A stretch of DNA of 58,762 nucleotides from Chiloscyllium plagiosum (GCF_004010195.1 NC_057718.1:105750283-105809044), one strand, 5' to 3'; shown: positions 35,921 to 48,699, numbered from the stretch's first letter. A program made the numbers and translations. The notes: generated from the sequence alone by a model not told the origin.

Positions 35921-38829
35921 CTGGAAAGAGAAAAGAAAACATCAATGAATAAAATTTGCTCCACTAGATTTAAGAAACCAGTATAACTTTCAGGGTATCA
36001 ATCAGTATTCTTACCAACACATTTTGAAAAACCTAACCATGCCAAAATGCAGAACAACATTTTAGTCGAATTTTGAAAAACAACACTGGTGAAATAACAT
36101 GCCCTATATGTTATAATGCTTTTTGATTTAGTTGATCAAGTTAATAACTTATTCAGCATCTTCTGGTCTGTCTCCAGCTTAAATATAATGTTAAACTTTC
36201 TAACTGTCTCTATACATGATCATATCTGCATATAGTAGATTGCATTTATAGCCTGTAATTGAAGTTGTATACATAATATGTGGACCAGTACTCCAATATT
36301 TAAAGGAACATTTCTTTACTCATTTGCCTTCCATCAAAACATGTGGAATTGAATGTGCTATCTTACAAATTCAGCAAATGAAAGCATCCTGCATCATTTA
36401 AGTACCATTTTTATATGTTAGCATAAATAAATAACAAACAATTCCATTAAAACATGAAAGTCATCATGCAATCTACCAGCTGTGAATCCACTATGTGCAG
36501 ATATAGATCATAATACCAAAAAACACAATCAGTTGAGAACAAGAGGACTATTTAAAGACAATTATACATTAGTGGATTTAATTACTTTGACGAATGACAA
36601 AACCTCAAGTTCTTCAACATTGGAATTTTTGGAGATACAACAATAAGTAAATTATTGTTGTATAAATTAATGAAAAGCACAGCTGTAGCATGAGTCTGGC
36701 AAAATATTAAATGAAACTATATAAAGTACTATATTAGGCTTTCAGTACATCATTAACATTCTGAAAACTACATTTTGCCTTTATTGATGTCCACTGTTAG
36801 CAGGCATATATTTCAGATATTCAGCAGTACAGTACTTGACATTTCTGTTGATATATGAGCTGAGCAGAATAAGTCAGAAATGTAACATGCCATTCTTCAT
36901 AAAAAGTCTTGTTCAAGACCAGCCTTATCTGAGAGATTATGGCTGGCTGCATTATACAGAACTAATAGGGCATGTAGATACCTTAAGAATGAATTTGAAA
37001 ATGCATCAAACACTCAAGGAGGATTTAGGCCCACTCGGAAGAAATACTTAAGAATATGCAAATACTCTCAACAGAATTAGGTTTAACAGATTTGACTAGT
37101 ACAAACAATAAAGGTGCTCTTTTCCCTTGCTGCCACTGTCAATCAGTGAGCGAGATTAATGCCGTAGGTTCTGAAAAACCTGTAAAATGAAATAAGCACT
37201 GTACAATAAAAGCCCAGCAATTTATTACAATACTGCTATCATTATGCTGTTACTGTCAATATAGTTAAGTAGCTCACTATCAGCAGGTGAAGTGAAAATG
37301 GTTGCATGCTGTCTCCAATCTTTAAACAACACTCATTACATCTCATGTAGCTTAGATTGTCACTATATCTTGTTTTTGTTTGAAGTCAATTTTATGCACA
37401 CAATTTGTATGGATGATTAATAAAGCATTCATTCCATTTCATTTAATTTAACAGACTCATGGTAATTAACTAGTTATCTTCAGTGCAGTGAATGTATTAT
37501 GAAATTATTTTTAAATACAATAGGAAAAGCTGGGTGAATCATACAGGAGTTTTCAAATTGCATCAACATAAAGCTAGGACATGAAGTTGTTTATCTTAGG
37601 GAAGAAACAAATATTTCCACACAATATGAGTAAAAGATTGGGCTTCATACTGCTATATAATTTGCAATGAAGCCTTCTTTTAAGGTTTAAGTAAACAATT
37701 TTAAAAGATTTCCATTCTTCTGTGAATACTTTTATATTCTTAAACAACAATTCTTCTAAACTGAAAAATGTTAACTGTCACCCAGAAAGGACCCCTGCAC
37801 ATGGGCTTTCAATGGTATGACAAATTATTTCTCACTCACTACTGTAAAACAGGCACCGGTGTCAATATGAAGCCATTAAAAATTATTCTAACTTTTGAAA
37901 GAAAGTTTTAGTCGTCATGGTCCTCTGAGGAAATTTAATTTATTCAGCCCAAATTATGTTTCAAAAATTATAGCTATGCCACAAAAATTTGAAAATTCCT
38001 TTTCACAAAGGCCCACGAGAGAGATTCCCATTCAATTCTCCAAATTCACAGAAAAGGTACCTAGTTCTAGGAGTTTCACTATCAAAGCCAGGCTAGTGAC
38101 AAATTAATGCTTCGATGTAAATGACAAAACAAATGCAATTGGCCAATTTAATAGCTTGTGAATGAATCGGTATGCACACCCTATTAAGATGCTAAGTTAT
38201 AGATCAAAGGTATTCTCACACCTGGTAAGGTTTGAGTAAATCCCAAGCATGAATGCTGCCCACTTCAACAATGAGTTCTGCCTGGGAATGCGCACTTTCT
38301 TTGCTAACCTTGACCTCTGCAGTTTTGAAGGTTGTAATTTCATCATGTGAGAAAAATGCCAAATAAATAAAGAGCACCTTTACAGGTGTTTTTATAAGGT
38401 TAAAAAAAGCAAGACAAAGCAGTAGGTAACTGAGTCACTATGATCACAAGGCTTAAATTCTCAATGCAATGAATTTTGTCATAACACTCATAAGTCATCT
38501 TTCTCATTCATTTGAATTATAAAATTTAATTTTGCTCAAATGTATCCGAGTCAAAAAATATTTTAGAGTTATGTGAGATAACATGAACAATTTACTAAAC
38601 TGCTCATGTATTGCATTTGGTAAATTTCTGGTGTGAAGAGATTATTAGGTGAAAATAGTCAAAATTATTGGAAAATAAATCCTGCTACCTGTATACCTGT
38701 AGCCAGTGGCCTCCTCAAATTCTTGCACTCTGTCAAAAAATTAGATGCCAGAGAAGCAATTTCTTTACCTTAAGTAAACTAACAATGAGTAGCAGCAAAA
38801 CCTAGCAGTCTTTCCAGCCTCCTTTGTTT

Positions 38830-39245
38830 TATTCATTCATAGGGTATGGGCATCGCTGACTGGGTCAGCATTATTTGTCCATCTCAAATTGGAGATGATA
38901 GAGGGGAGTTGCCTTCTTGAAGTTAAAAATCACACAACACCAGGTTATAGTCCAACAGCTTTATTTGGAAGCACTAGCTTTCGGAGCGCTGCACATTTCT
39001 CAGGTAGTTGTGGAATATATGATCATAAGACATAGCATTTATAGTAAAAGTTTACAGTGTGATGTACCTGAAATTATATACTGAAAAAGATCTGGATTGT
39101 TTGTTAAGTCTCTCATAATCCATGGGCCCACAATGAGGAGGTTCAGGATTCTGACTCAGTGACACTAAAGGAACGGCAATACAGTTCCAAGTGATTTGAG
39201 AGGAATTTACTGGTGTTGGTGTTCCCATTTGTCAGCTGCCCTTTC
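38830..39245 (-). mobile_element. Old CR1/L2-group 3' fragment containing a family A pLTR piece (~38923-39118)
   Basis: attcattcatagggtatgggcatcgctg tail; insert begins gttaaaaatcacacaacaccaggttatagtcc. Confidence 0.7.
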
Positions 39246-40679
39246 CTCTTTTATTCTTAACCATAGAAATTCAAAAATTAAGAAATGAACAACAGAGTAA
39301 CTAAAGGAAGGTGAATTGGACACAGAAAGCATGGGAAAGATTTGAAGATTTGATTAAGGAAGAAAAAAAAAATTAAGAAAAAAATTAAAATTTAGAACTT
39401 AAAACTAACAAATTACTACTTGGAGGCATGACTCTGAACAGTTCAACAGCTCTCCTGGCCAGAGAGAATTACTGACATCACATTTAAATTCAAAATTTTG
39501 TTAAAAGGTACTTGCGCTGTTAAACTATGAGCCTCAACTTCTTGTTGTGAATTCAATGGACAATTAACATACAAATCCAGCATGTACTTAAAAGTAAAGG
39601 AAGGGGAAGTTGAGGGCGAGTTGTGTCAAATAATTGTGTGGCACATTATCAACCAATGAGTTACAAAGACTCACAATTTACAGATATCTTTTTCCACAAA
39701 TGTGTTGGTTGGTTTGCATGTTAATAAAAGGATGTATCAGGAACTCACCCCTATTTTTGAAAAAAATTCAGTCTGCCTTTCTGTACATGAACAGTTGAAG
39801 AAATAATCAAAAAATGACAGTAACGAGCACAAAATTTAGACATACTCTATAAGAAGAGCTGGAGATGAAGTACTCGCTCTCTAATATTTTTATAAATTGA
39901 AAAACTCTTAATTTTAGATATAATTCTTCCCATTTCTGGCAAGTACTGATAACGCTCACAACTAAAAGAAAGAAATAAGGCTGCAATTCAGGACAGGGCC
40001 TTACAAGGTAGAAAATGATGTACATGGGAAGAATAGCAGCATAGCCTGAATTTCTTGAAGCGACAGTGCCCCCAGGTGATTTTCCCATTATGGGATGACA
40101 ATTCCTATTTGTACGAGCAAATTGTCTAAAAGAGAAGAATACATACCAACCATTCACAAAATTAGAGGTAAATTAGATCCTTTTAATCACCTATCTAGAT
40201 TATTATGGAAATTTAAACCAGATGCCATTACACAATACCTGCGAAATATAATACATGCATGACAACTTGATTGAATTCAAATTAATTTTGTTGGTCAGAG
40301 CTAGAATTTCATGGCATTCCATTAATTCGGGTGCACTGGAATAAAATATGGGACACCAAAGCAGCCTCTTAGCATTTAACAGTTTAACAAAACAAATTTC
40401 CAACAACATGTTGCCTCTGTAGGAATACGAGTATAATTGGAAACACTATTCACAATTTTAGTTTTTGATATAATCTGACTGGCAAGGTTAAATTCTGTTA
40501 CAAAATTTTCATTTAAATATAACTTCTTTGCGTATTAATTTAGCATTGTGTCTATTTTGCTAAAATTGTTTTTTTTATCCCCACTTGGGTTCCTTTGAGC
40601 CAAATATCTTTTAATTCCTGAAAAAGGGGGAAAGCATTCACCCTGATCTGAAGCCTCCATCAGAAGGGCTGGTACATAT

Positions 40680-41085
40680 AATCAAGAGCAGGAGCCTTTC
40701 AAGTCTGCTCCACCATTCAACAATATCATGGCTGATTGGATTGTAACCTCAAACCCACACTTCTGCCTCCCCTAATAACCTATGGCCCCCTTGCTGAACA
40801 AGAATCTACCTCAAAAATATTTAAGGGCTTTGCTTCCACTGCTCTTTCAAGTAGAGAATTCTAAAGGCTTACAACCCTCAGAGAAAAAGTATGATCTCAT
40901 CTGTTTTAAATGGACAATCCCAAATTTTTAAACAGTCACCCTATGTTCTAGGTGCCCCAAGAAGAAACATCCTCTCCCAATGTTCTCTGTCAAAACCCCT
41001 CAGGATCCTGTATATTTCAATTGGGTCACATCTTATTCTTATCCAGCAGATACAAGCCTAGCCTGTCCAACCTTTCCCCATAAGA
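40680..41085 (-). mobile_element. Old CR1 3' tail
   Basis: ccattcaacaatatcatggctgat 3' UTR pattern. Confidence 0.6.
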
Positions 41086-41086
41086 T

Positions 41087-41890
41087 GACCTCTTTCATCA
41101 GGCAGAAGATACTAAAGCTTAAACACATGTACCAATAGGTTCAAGGACAGCTTCTTCCCCAGTGTTATTAGATTTAGCTGGTATGGCAACTGTACCATTC
41201 AAGATTGGAGACGGTTACACAGAGTGGTGAACTCAACTCGTAAAACCACAAAGGCCAACTTCCCATCTATAGAATCCATCTGAATCCTTCCTGAAGAAGG
41301 GCTAATGCCTGAAACGTCGATTCTCCTGTTCCCTAGATGCTGCCTGACCTGCTGCGCTTTTCCAGCAACACATTTCCATCTATAGAATCCATCTACCAAG
41401 CCCGCTGTCAAGGAAAGGCTGCCAGCATTCTTAAAGATCCATCCTACCCTGGCATTGTTTTTCTACAACCTCTACCACGGAGAGAAGGTACAGAAGCCTG
41501 AACACGCACTCGCTGGTTTCCGAACAGTTTTTACCCTACTGTTGTTAGAATACTGAATGGACTCTCAAACTCTTAACATTCGCCTGTACCCATGTTTTTG
41601 TTTTTGTCTCTGTTTACCTATTATTTATGTATCTACGCTATGTAACTGTGCGATCTGCCTGTATTGCTCGCAAAACAAAACTTCTCACTGCGCCTCAGTA
41701 CCCATGACAATAAATTCAATTCAATTCTGAATGGACCTCTTAAATTTCAAATCTAATGTTGATCTTGCTTTTAGTGCACCTTCTTTGCAGCCATAACTCT
41801 GTCTTCCTCGCTCTGTTCGATCACCCTAATATCTTTGTATGGTAATGATCTGCCTGCACTGCACACAAAATAAAACTTTTCACCATACCT
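41087..41890 (+). mobile_element. Two nested Rex1/Babar LINE 3' fragments (inner copy ~41175-41725)
   Basis: Inner copy reads KAASILKDPSYPG...RRYRSLNT...NSFYPTVVRILNG and ends aataaattcaattcaattc. Outer copy (RFKDSFFPSVIR) resumes at ~41726. Confidence 0.72.
41282..41375 (+). mobile_element. 94-bp HHR-only PLE insertion with 19-bp TSD
   Basis: CTGAAGA-A-GGGCtaatGCCT-GAAA-CGTC core at 41291-41318. TSD ccatctatagaatccatct at 41263-41281 and 41376-41394. Confidence 0.88.
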
Positions 41891-41896
41891 ATACCT

Positions 41897-42567
41897 TACA
41901 TAGAACATAGAAGAATACAGCGCAGTACAGGCCCTTGGGCCCTCGATGTTGCGCCGATCCAAGCCCACCTAAACTACACTAACCCACTATCCTCCATATA
42001 CCTATCCAATGCCCTATTAAATGCCCATAAAGAGGGAGAGTCCACCACTGTTACTGGCAGGGCATTCCATGAACTAACGACCCGCTGATACGATTTTCCT
42101 TCCATACCAGGCAACATCCTGGTAAACCTCCTCTGCACCCGTTCCAATGCCTCCACATCCTTCCTATAGTATGGCGACCAAAACTGCACACAATATTCCA
42201 GATGCGGCCGTACCAGAGTCTTATACAACTGCATCATGACCTCAGGACTCCGGAACTCAATTCCTCTACCAATAAAAGCCAGTACGCCATATGCCTTCCT
42301 CACCGCACTATTTACCTGGGTGGCAACTTTCAGGGATCTGTGTACATGGACACCAAGATCCCTCTGCTCATCCACACTACCAAGTATCCGACCATTAGCC
42401 CAGTACCCCATCTTTTTGTTATTCTTCCCAAAGTGAATCACCTCGCACTTAGCTACATTGAATTCCATCTGCCACCTTTCTGCCCAGCTCTGCAGCTTCT
42501 CTATATCCTGCTGTAACCTGCCACATGCTTCCTCACTGTCAACAACTCCTCCGACTTTCGTATCATC
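41897..42567 (-). mobile_element. Young CR1 3' portion with internal deletion
   Basis: Open frame DDTKVGG...LEYCVQFWSPYY...WNALP; (catagaa)n tail. Confidence 0.92.
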
Positions 42568-42569
42568 AA

Positions 42570-44450
42570 TTAGGAAGTAGTTCACCTTCTCTGAACTACT
42601 TCCTAAGAAATGAACTTTTACTATGCACAGTACTCGCCAGTGTCCTGTAAATGAAGCATAACTCCCTTCTTTTATATTCAATTCCCCTCACAATAAAAAA
42701 TAACATTCTATTAATTTCCCTAAGTATTTGTTGCACCTGTATTTTTACTTTTGTGATTTATTCACTACCCAACTCCCTCTGCATCTCAGAGCTCTTGAAA
42801 TCTCTCGTCATTTAAATAATATGCTTCTTTTTTATTTTACCTGCTAAATTGGAAAATTTCACATGTTCCCACATTACACTCCATTTGCCAGATCTTTATT
42901 CACTGGCTTAAATTTACTATATCCCTCTAACCTATCGCTATTCTTATGTCCCCTTCATAACTTATTTTCCTAACTATCTTTGTGTCGCCAACACGTTTAG
43001 CAACCATACTTTCTGTTCATTCACCCACATCTTTTTATACAAGTTGTAAACAATTGAAGTTCCAGCACTGATACCAGATGCACACCACTCATTACATCTT
43101 GTCAGCCTGAAAAAAGACCCACTTATGTCTATTCTCTTCTTCTTAGCCAGCCAATCTTCTAGACATGCCAAATGCTTCCCCTACACCATGAGCTTTTACT
43201 TTCTGCCATAGCCTTTGATGTGGCACTTAGATTTCCAGAAGGCATTTGTCAATGTCCAGTACATCCATCCACAGCAGATTAAGTCCTTAAAGAATTTTGA
43301 TAATACAATCATAAGAGATAGGAAGAGGAGTAGACTGTTCGGCCCCCTCGAGCCTGCTCTGTTATTTTATAAGATCACGGCAGATCCGACATTCCTTATG
43401 TCCATTTTCATGCATTTTCCCCATAAACCCCGATTCCCCAACTGATCAAGGATCCATCTCAGCCTTAAGTATACACAAGGGCTCTGCCTTCACAGCTCTC
43501 TGTAGCAAGCAGTTCCAAAGACACACAACCCTCGTAGAAAAGAAATCCTCATCTGAGTCTTAACTTGGTACCTCTTTATTCTAAGATTATGCCCTCTAGT
43601 CCTGGACTCTGCCATGACAGGAAACATCCTCTCATCAATTACCCTGTCAAGCCCCTTAAGAATCATATGTTTCAATGAGACCACTTCTCATTTGTCTAAA
43701 CTCCAATGAGTAGAGTCCCAAACTGCTTAGCTTTTGCTCATTAGACAATCCCTGCATACCAAGGATCATCCTAACGAACCTTGCCTGAACTGCCTCTTAT
43801 GAAATGATGTAGATCCTTAAATAAGGGGACCAAAACTGCCCACAATACTCCACTTTTTACAGTTGCAGTGAGACTTCCCCTACTCTTATACTCTAACTCC
43901 ACCAAAATAAGGGCTAACATTCCAGTCTTCCTGATTACCTTCCAGGATCTGTCTGCACTACACACAATATTTTTCACTATACCTTGGTATAGGTGACAAT
44001 AATAAGTCAAATCAAAAAATTATTACCTGCTGCACCTGGGTGGCAGTTTTGTGATTTCGTGCACAATCACCCCCAAGTCCCTTTGTGTGCAGCTTTCTGT
44101 AGTTTCTCCATTTAAACAATATTCTGTTCTTTTGTTCTCCATTCCAAAATGAACTTTACATGTTACCATATTATACTCCATTTGCCAATTTTTGCTCACT
44201 TACTTAACCTATCTCTCTGTAAACTGATTGTATCTCTCGCTCAGTGGCCTTTCTACTTGTTTTTGTGTCAGCTAAACATGATCAGTTAAACATCATTTCC
44301 TTTTCACAAAACTCAGTTGATTCTGCCTGATCACCTTGAACCTTTCTAAATATCTCATTATAACATCTTTGATAATAGATTTTAGCATTTCTATAATGAC
44401 AGATGTTAAACCAACTGGCCTCAGTCTCCTACTTTCTCCTGTTTTGAATA
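42570..44450 (-). mobile_element. Two adjacent old CR1 fragments (~42570-43270 and ~43305-44450)
   Basis: Decayed SGVPxG and WQM motifs; 3' UTR at 43310. Confidence 0.7.
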
Positions 44451-44489
44451 GTTATATTTTCCATCTTCCAATCTAATAGGTTGAATCAT

Positions 44490-44690
44490 CCACTTCAGAA
44501 CAGGTGAAGGTCAAGTCTTTGGATATGTTTAAGGAAGGACTAGATAGGTTTCTAAAGGCTAAAGGTGTCAAAGAGTATGAACAGAGAGCAGGAATATGGC
44601 CTTAAGATAGAGGATCACATTGAGTGATGGAACAGTCTCATTGGGCTGAATGGTCTCCACCTGTTCCTATTTTCTATGTTTCCTATGTAT
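44490..44690 (+). mobile_element. CR1 3' tail
   Basis: gggctgaatggtctccacctgttcctattttctatgtttcctatgt. Confidence 0.65.
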
Positions 44691-44915
44691 CTATGCATTG
44701 AGGGGGTTTTGGAAAATCAAAATCAATGCATCAACTATCTCATGAACCACATTTTTACATGGCCCTAGCATGACATCCAACAGACCTGGGTAGATGTCAG
44801 CCCAACAATTTACTCAGTACCACTTTTCTGGTGATTGTGATTTTCCTGGAGTTCCTCCCACTCTTCATACTTATGGCTAGATTTCTGTCCAGCTCTAATT
44901 TTTTACTTGTTTATT

Positions 44916-46921
44916 CAAAGCTTGGGAGAAGATTTGTAGCTTGGGTGCTCGTTGTTGTGGTTCTGTTCGCCGAGCTGGGAATTTGTGTTGCAGACGTTTC
45001 GTCCCGTCTAGGTGACATCCTCAGTGCTTGGGAGCCTCCTGTGAAGAGCTTCTGTGATCTTTCCTCCGGCATTTGTAGTGGTTTGAATCTGCCGCTTCCG
45101 GTTGTCAGTTTCAGCCGTCCGATGCAGTGGCCGGTATATTGGGTCCAGGTCGATGTGCTTGTTGATTGAATCAGTGGATGAGTGCCATGCCTCTAGGAAT
45201 TCCCTGGCTGTTCTCTGTTTGGCTTGTCCTATAATAGTAGGTTTCTGTTCTGTATGTCCAGCAGGTTGGCTATTGTTTCTTTGGCTAGGTTTTTGTCAAT
45301 AGAGGTGAACACTGCCGTTACATCGAATGAGACCATAGTTTCTTGTCGATGTGTATATTTCTGATGATGTCCAAAACCCCCAGATTCTATGGACTACGAA
45401 AGTGCACAAACCCGACATCCCACTCAGACCCATAGTATCACTACCAGGGACACCATCACACAAACTGGCTAAAGAACTACAACAGAAACTGAACACCTGA
45501 TCAGCGGATCCAGACACTATACAGTCAACACAGGAATTCTTGGACATCATCAGAAATATACACATAGACAAGGAAGAAACAATGGTCTCATTCGATATAA
45601 CGGCACTGTTCACCTCTATCGACAAAACCCTAGCCAAAGAAACAATAGCCAACCTGCTGGACATACAGAACAGACAACAAGACGGGGAACCTATCAACAA
45701 AGACTGCATACTCAAACTACTGGACCTGTGCCTCACAATACACTTCACATTCAACAACCAAATATATGAACAAGTCAACGGCACGGCCATGGGCTCATCT
45801 ATCTCTGGACTCATAGCAGAAGCGGTAATGCAAAGGTTAGAACAAACAGTCTTACCGCAAATTCAACCCAAACTCTGGGTCAGATATGTAGATGATACCT
45901 TTTGTAATCATTAAAAGCACAGTAATAGAGAACACACATCGGATCATCAACGCCACTCTCTCAGGAATTCAATTCACTAGAGAGGAAGAAAAGGACAACC
46001 AACTCCCATTCCTAGATGTGATGGTACAGAGAACACCGAACAGAGAATTCACCACAAAGGTATACAAGAAAGCCACACACACAGACCAAGTCCTAAACTA
46101 CGAAAGCAACCATCACAACACACACAAAAGAAGTTGCATCGACACTGTTCAAAAGGGCCACAACACACTGCAGTACACCAGAACTGCAAAAAGAGGAAGA
46201 AGAACACCTATACAATGTATTCGCCAAAAACGGATACCCCTGCAATTTCATCAACAGATGCCTAAGGGAAAGACAACAGAATGAGGACATGCCACAACCC
46301 AAAGGACTAGCCACACTACCATACATCAAAAATATTTCTGAACTGACAGCCAGACTACTGCGACCACTAGGACTCATAACAGCACACAAACCAACAGCCA
46401 CTCTCAGACAACAACTCACCAGGACGAAGGACCCGATACCCAGCATGAGCAAAACCAATGTAGTGTACAAACTCCCATGCAAGGACTGCACAAAACACTA
46501 CGTAGGACAAATAGGAAGACAGCTAATGATCCGCATCCATGAGCACCAACTAACCACGAAACGACATGACCAGCTATCCTTAGTAGCCAAACACTCAGAT
46601 GACAAGCAACATGAGTTCGACTGGGACAACACTACTATTATAGGACAAGCCAAACAGAGAACAGCCAGGAAATTCCTAGAGGCATGGCACTCATCCACTG
46701 ATTCAATCAATAAGCACATCGACCTGGACCCAATATACCGGCCACTGCATCGGACAGCTGGAACTGACAATCGGAAGCGGCAGATACAAATCACTATAAA
46801 TGCCGGAGGAAACATCACAGAAGCGCTTCACAGGAGGCTCCCAAGCACTGAGGGTGTCACCTAGACAGGGGATGAAACGTCTGCAACACAAATTCCCAGC
46901 TCGGCGAACAGAACCGCAACA
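44916..46921 (+). mobile_element. Poseidon-type Penelope retrotransposon, 5'-truncated, RT + GIY-YIG pseudogene with inverted pLTR
   Basis: PRFYGL.KVHKPDIPLRPIVS, MVSFDITALFTSI, GTAMGS, WVRYVDDTF, LPFLDV, NVVYKLPCKDCTKHYVGQ. Inverted arms 44951-45240 / 46632-46923. TSD acttgtttatt at 44905-44915 and 46922-46932. Confidence 0.93.
44990..45027 (-). ncRNA. Hammerhead ribozyme motif in the Poseidon pLTR (intact core)
   Basis: Reverse complement GCA-CUGAGGA-U-GUC...GAC-GAAA-CGUC^UGC. The plus-strand twin at ~46845-46884 has CUGAGGG (A9 changed). Confidence 0.75.
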
Positions 46922-46989
46922 ACTTGTTTATTAATTTGTTTAGACATTTTTACGACTTTATATTGTCATTATAAATTGCAGACATTATG

Positions 46990-47150
46990 ACCTTGGGTCA
47001 GTTTGTAACAAGGTTGCCTCTAAGTCAAAAACCTGTTGTCCAAGCCCCACTCCTAGACTTTAGGATGTTTTAAGGCTTACATTCGGTGCAATATTGAGGG
47101 AGCATGGTCTGTAAACATTGACTGTTGAAGTCAAGTGGAAAAGGAATGTG
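46990..47150 (+). mobile_element. Ancient tRNA-derived SINE remnant (SacSINE1/DeuSINE-like)
   Basis: aagccccactcctagactt...gtgcaatattgagggagc resembles recalled Deu-family SINE sequence; related piece at ~53528-53600. Confidence 0.4.
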
Positions 47151-47835
47151 GATGGGGTATATGACAAATGCTTAACCCATTATCCTTGTTCCATGTCATC
47201 CTCAAAGTTGAATTTACGTTATGTTGCTGTTATAGTAACCCTGGCACTGACAGAGGCCTGGAACCAGCTCACCTACGTTGAAAAACAATGGTGGTTTTAT
47301 CTCAAAAGTTTGCACATACAACCAAAATGGGCCGCTTTAACTTTGTCACCCCTAAATAAATTATTTCTTATTTATTATTGCTGGAGAAACAATTGAAAAA
47401 AGTTCAGCAATAAAATAGACAAATAAAACAGTGATTTGGTGGACCTAACTAAAAGTTGACTTCATACTTGTAGTTGATGGTGTATGAAGTGGCATACAGA
47501 GAATGATAAAAAGGAGGAAGGGAGTATGGAGCGCTGTGGTACACTTGAGTGACTGCAAGGGTTTGATAAAATAAAGCAACATATTATCTCTGATTCAAAC
47601 TGTCTGACCAGAATCAGGAGACAGTTTTGAGACACTGAAGATGGATGTTTAAAGTGTGGAGTAAATAGCATCACATACTGCACAGATGAGGGTCAAAGGC
47701 CCATGGTTGTATAGGATGTCAGTGACCCCAGTGTCATCGCGTCAGGGTTATGAGCATGGCAGAAAGCAGAGTGTCAGGTCTAAAACAGGGAGATGCTGGT
47801 GAGGTAGAACCATTAGTGCAAGGCAACAAGGTTTA

Positions 47836-48000
47836 AAACAAAAGCAGAAATTGTTGGAAAAACTCAGCTGCATTTCAGAACTGAAGGATCACTTGACCCA
47901 AAACATTAACTTTGCTTTGTCTCCACAGATGCCAAACCTGCTGAGCTTTTCCAGTAATTTCTGCTTTTGTTTCTGATTTCTGGCATCAGCAGTTTTTGTT
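47836..48000. mobile_element. Old family C PLE foldback remnant
   Basis: aaacaaaagcagaaattgttggaaaaactcagc / gctgagcttttccagtaatttctgcttttgttt inverted arms plus tail; HHR decayed. Confidence 0.65.
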
Positions 48001-48099
48001 TCTTCTTGGTTAAGGTCTAAAACATTTAGGGAAAGTATGAAGAAATTTAGCAACCAGTGGCTTTAACCTTTACTGGAATTAATCGTGAAATATTAATGC

Positions 48100-48265
48100 A
48101 GCCAACATTTAAGAGGCATTTGGATGGGTATATGAATAGGAAGGGTTTGGAAGGGTACGGGCTCGGTGCTGGCAGGTGGGACTAGATTGGGTTGGGAAAA
48201 CTTGTCGGCATGAACGGATTTGACCGAAGGGTCTGTTTCCATGCTGTATATCTCTATAACTCTAA
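48100..48265 (+). mobile_element. CR1 3' tail
   Basis: acatttaagaggcatttggatggg...gaccgaagggtctgtttccatgctgtatatctctataactcta. Confidence 0.85.
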
Positions 48266-48699
48266 GCCTTTCCTATATTTTGAAACGAATTTACAAAAAA
48301 CTGTTGCTAATGGTTCTTCACACACCCTGAACTGAGGATTCTCACCTTAAAGCAGCGTACAAATACAAAAAGACAGACCACATATGAAAGTGCATCATGT
48401 GACATCAAACAAATAGCTGTAGTTTGCTCACTCTTCCTTATTCGAATACTAAAGGTCTGGCAGAATTATAAATGACCAAAATTTTCCTTTTATGCAAATA
48501 TGGAGAATTTTTCTACTTTAATATTTCATTAACCCACCTTTTCTTTTATTTCTACATAGGGATTTCAGTATACAATCAGTTCAAATATATTCATGCACTT
48601 TTAATGTTGGCTAAATTCCTAAATGCAAGAAATCAAAGGTTCTTTGATTTTTCTTCTGCACCATAAATTCAATTTTGTAAATGTGAATCGGAGCACCAA

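Noticed and set aside
37100..37200. Strong acceptor-like ttatttcattttacag on the minus strand
   Set aside because: No good donor or EHBP1-like peptide follows.
38197..38346. 49-aa minus-strand ORF MMKLQPSK... with donor-like sites, as an alternative first exon
   Set aside because: The donor phases (2 or 1) do not fit the next exon (phase 0), there is no EHBP1 similarity and no promoter evidence.
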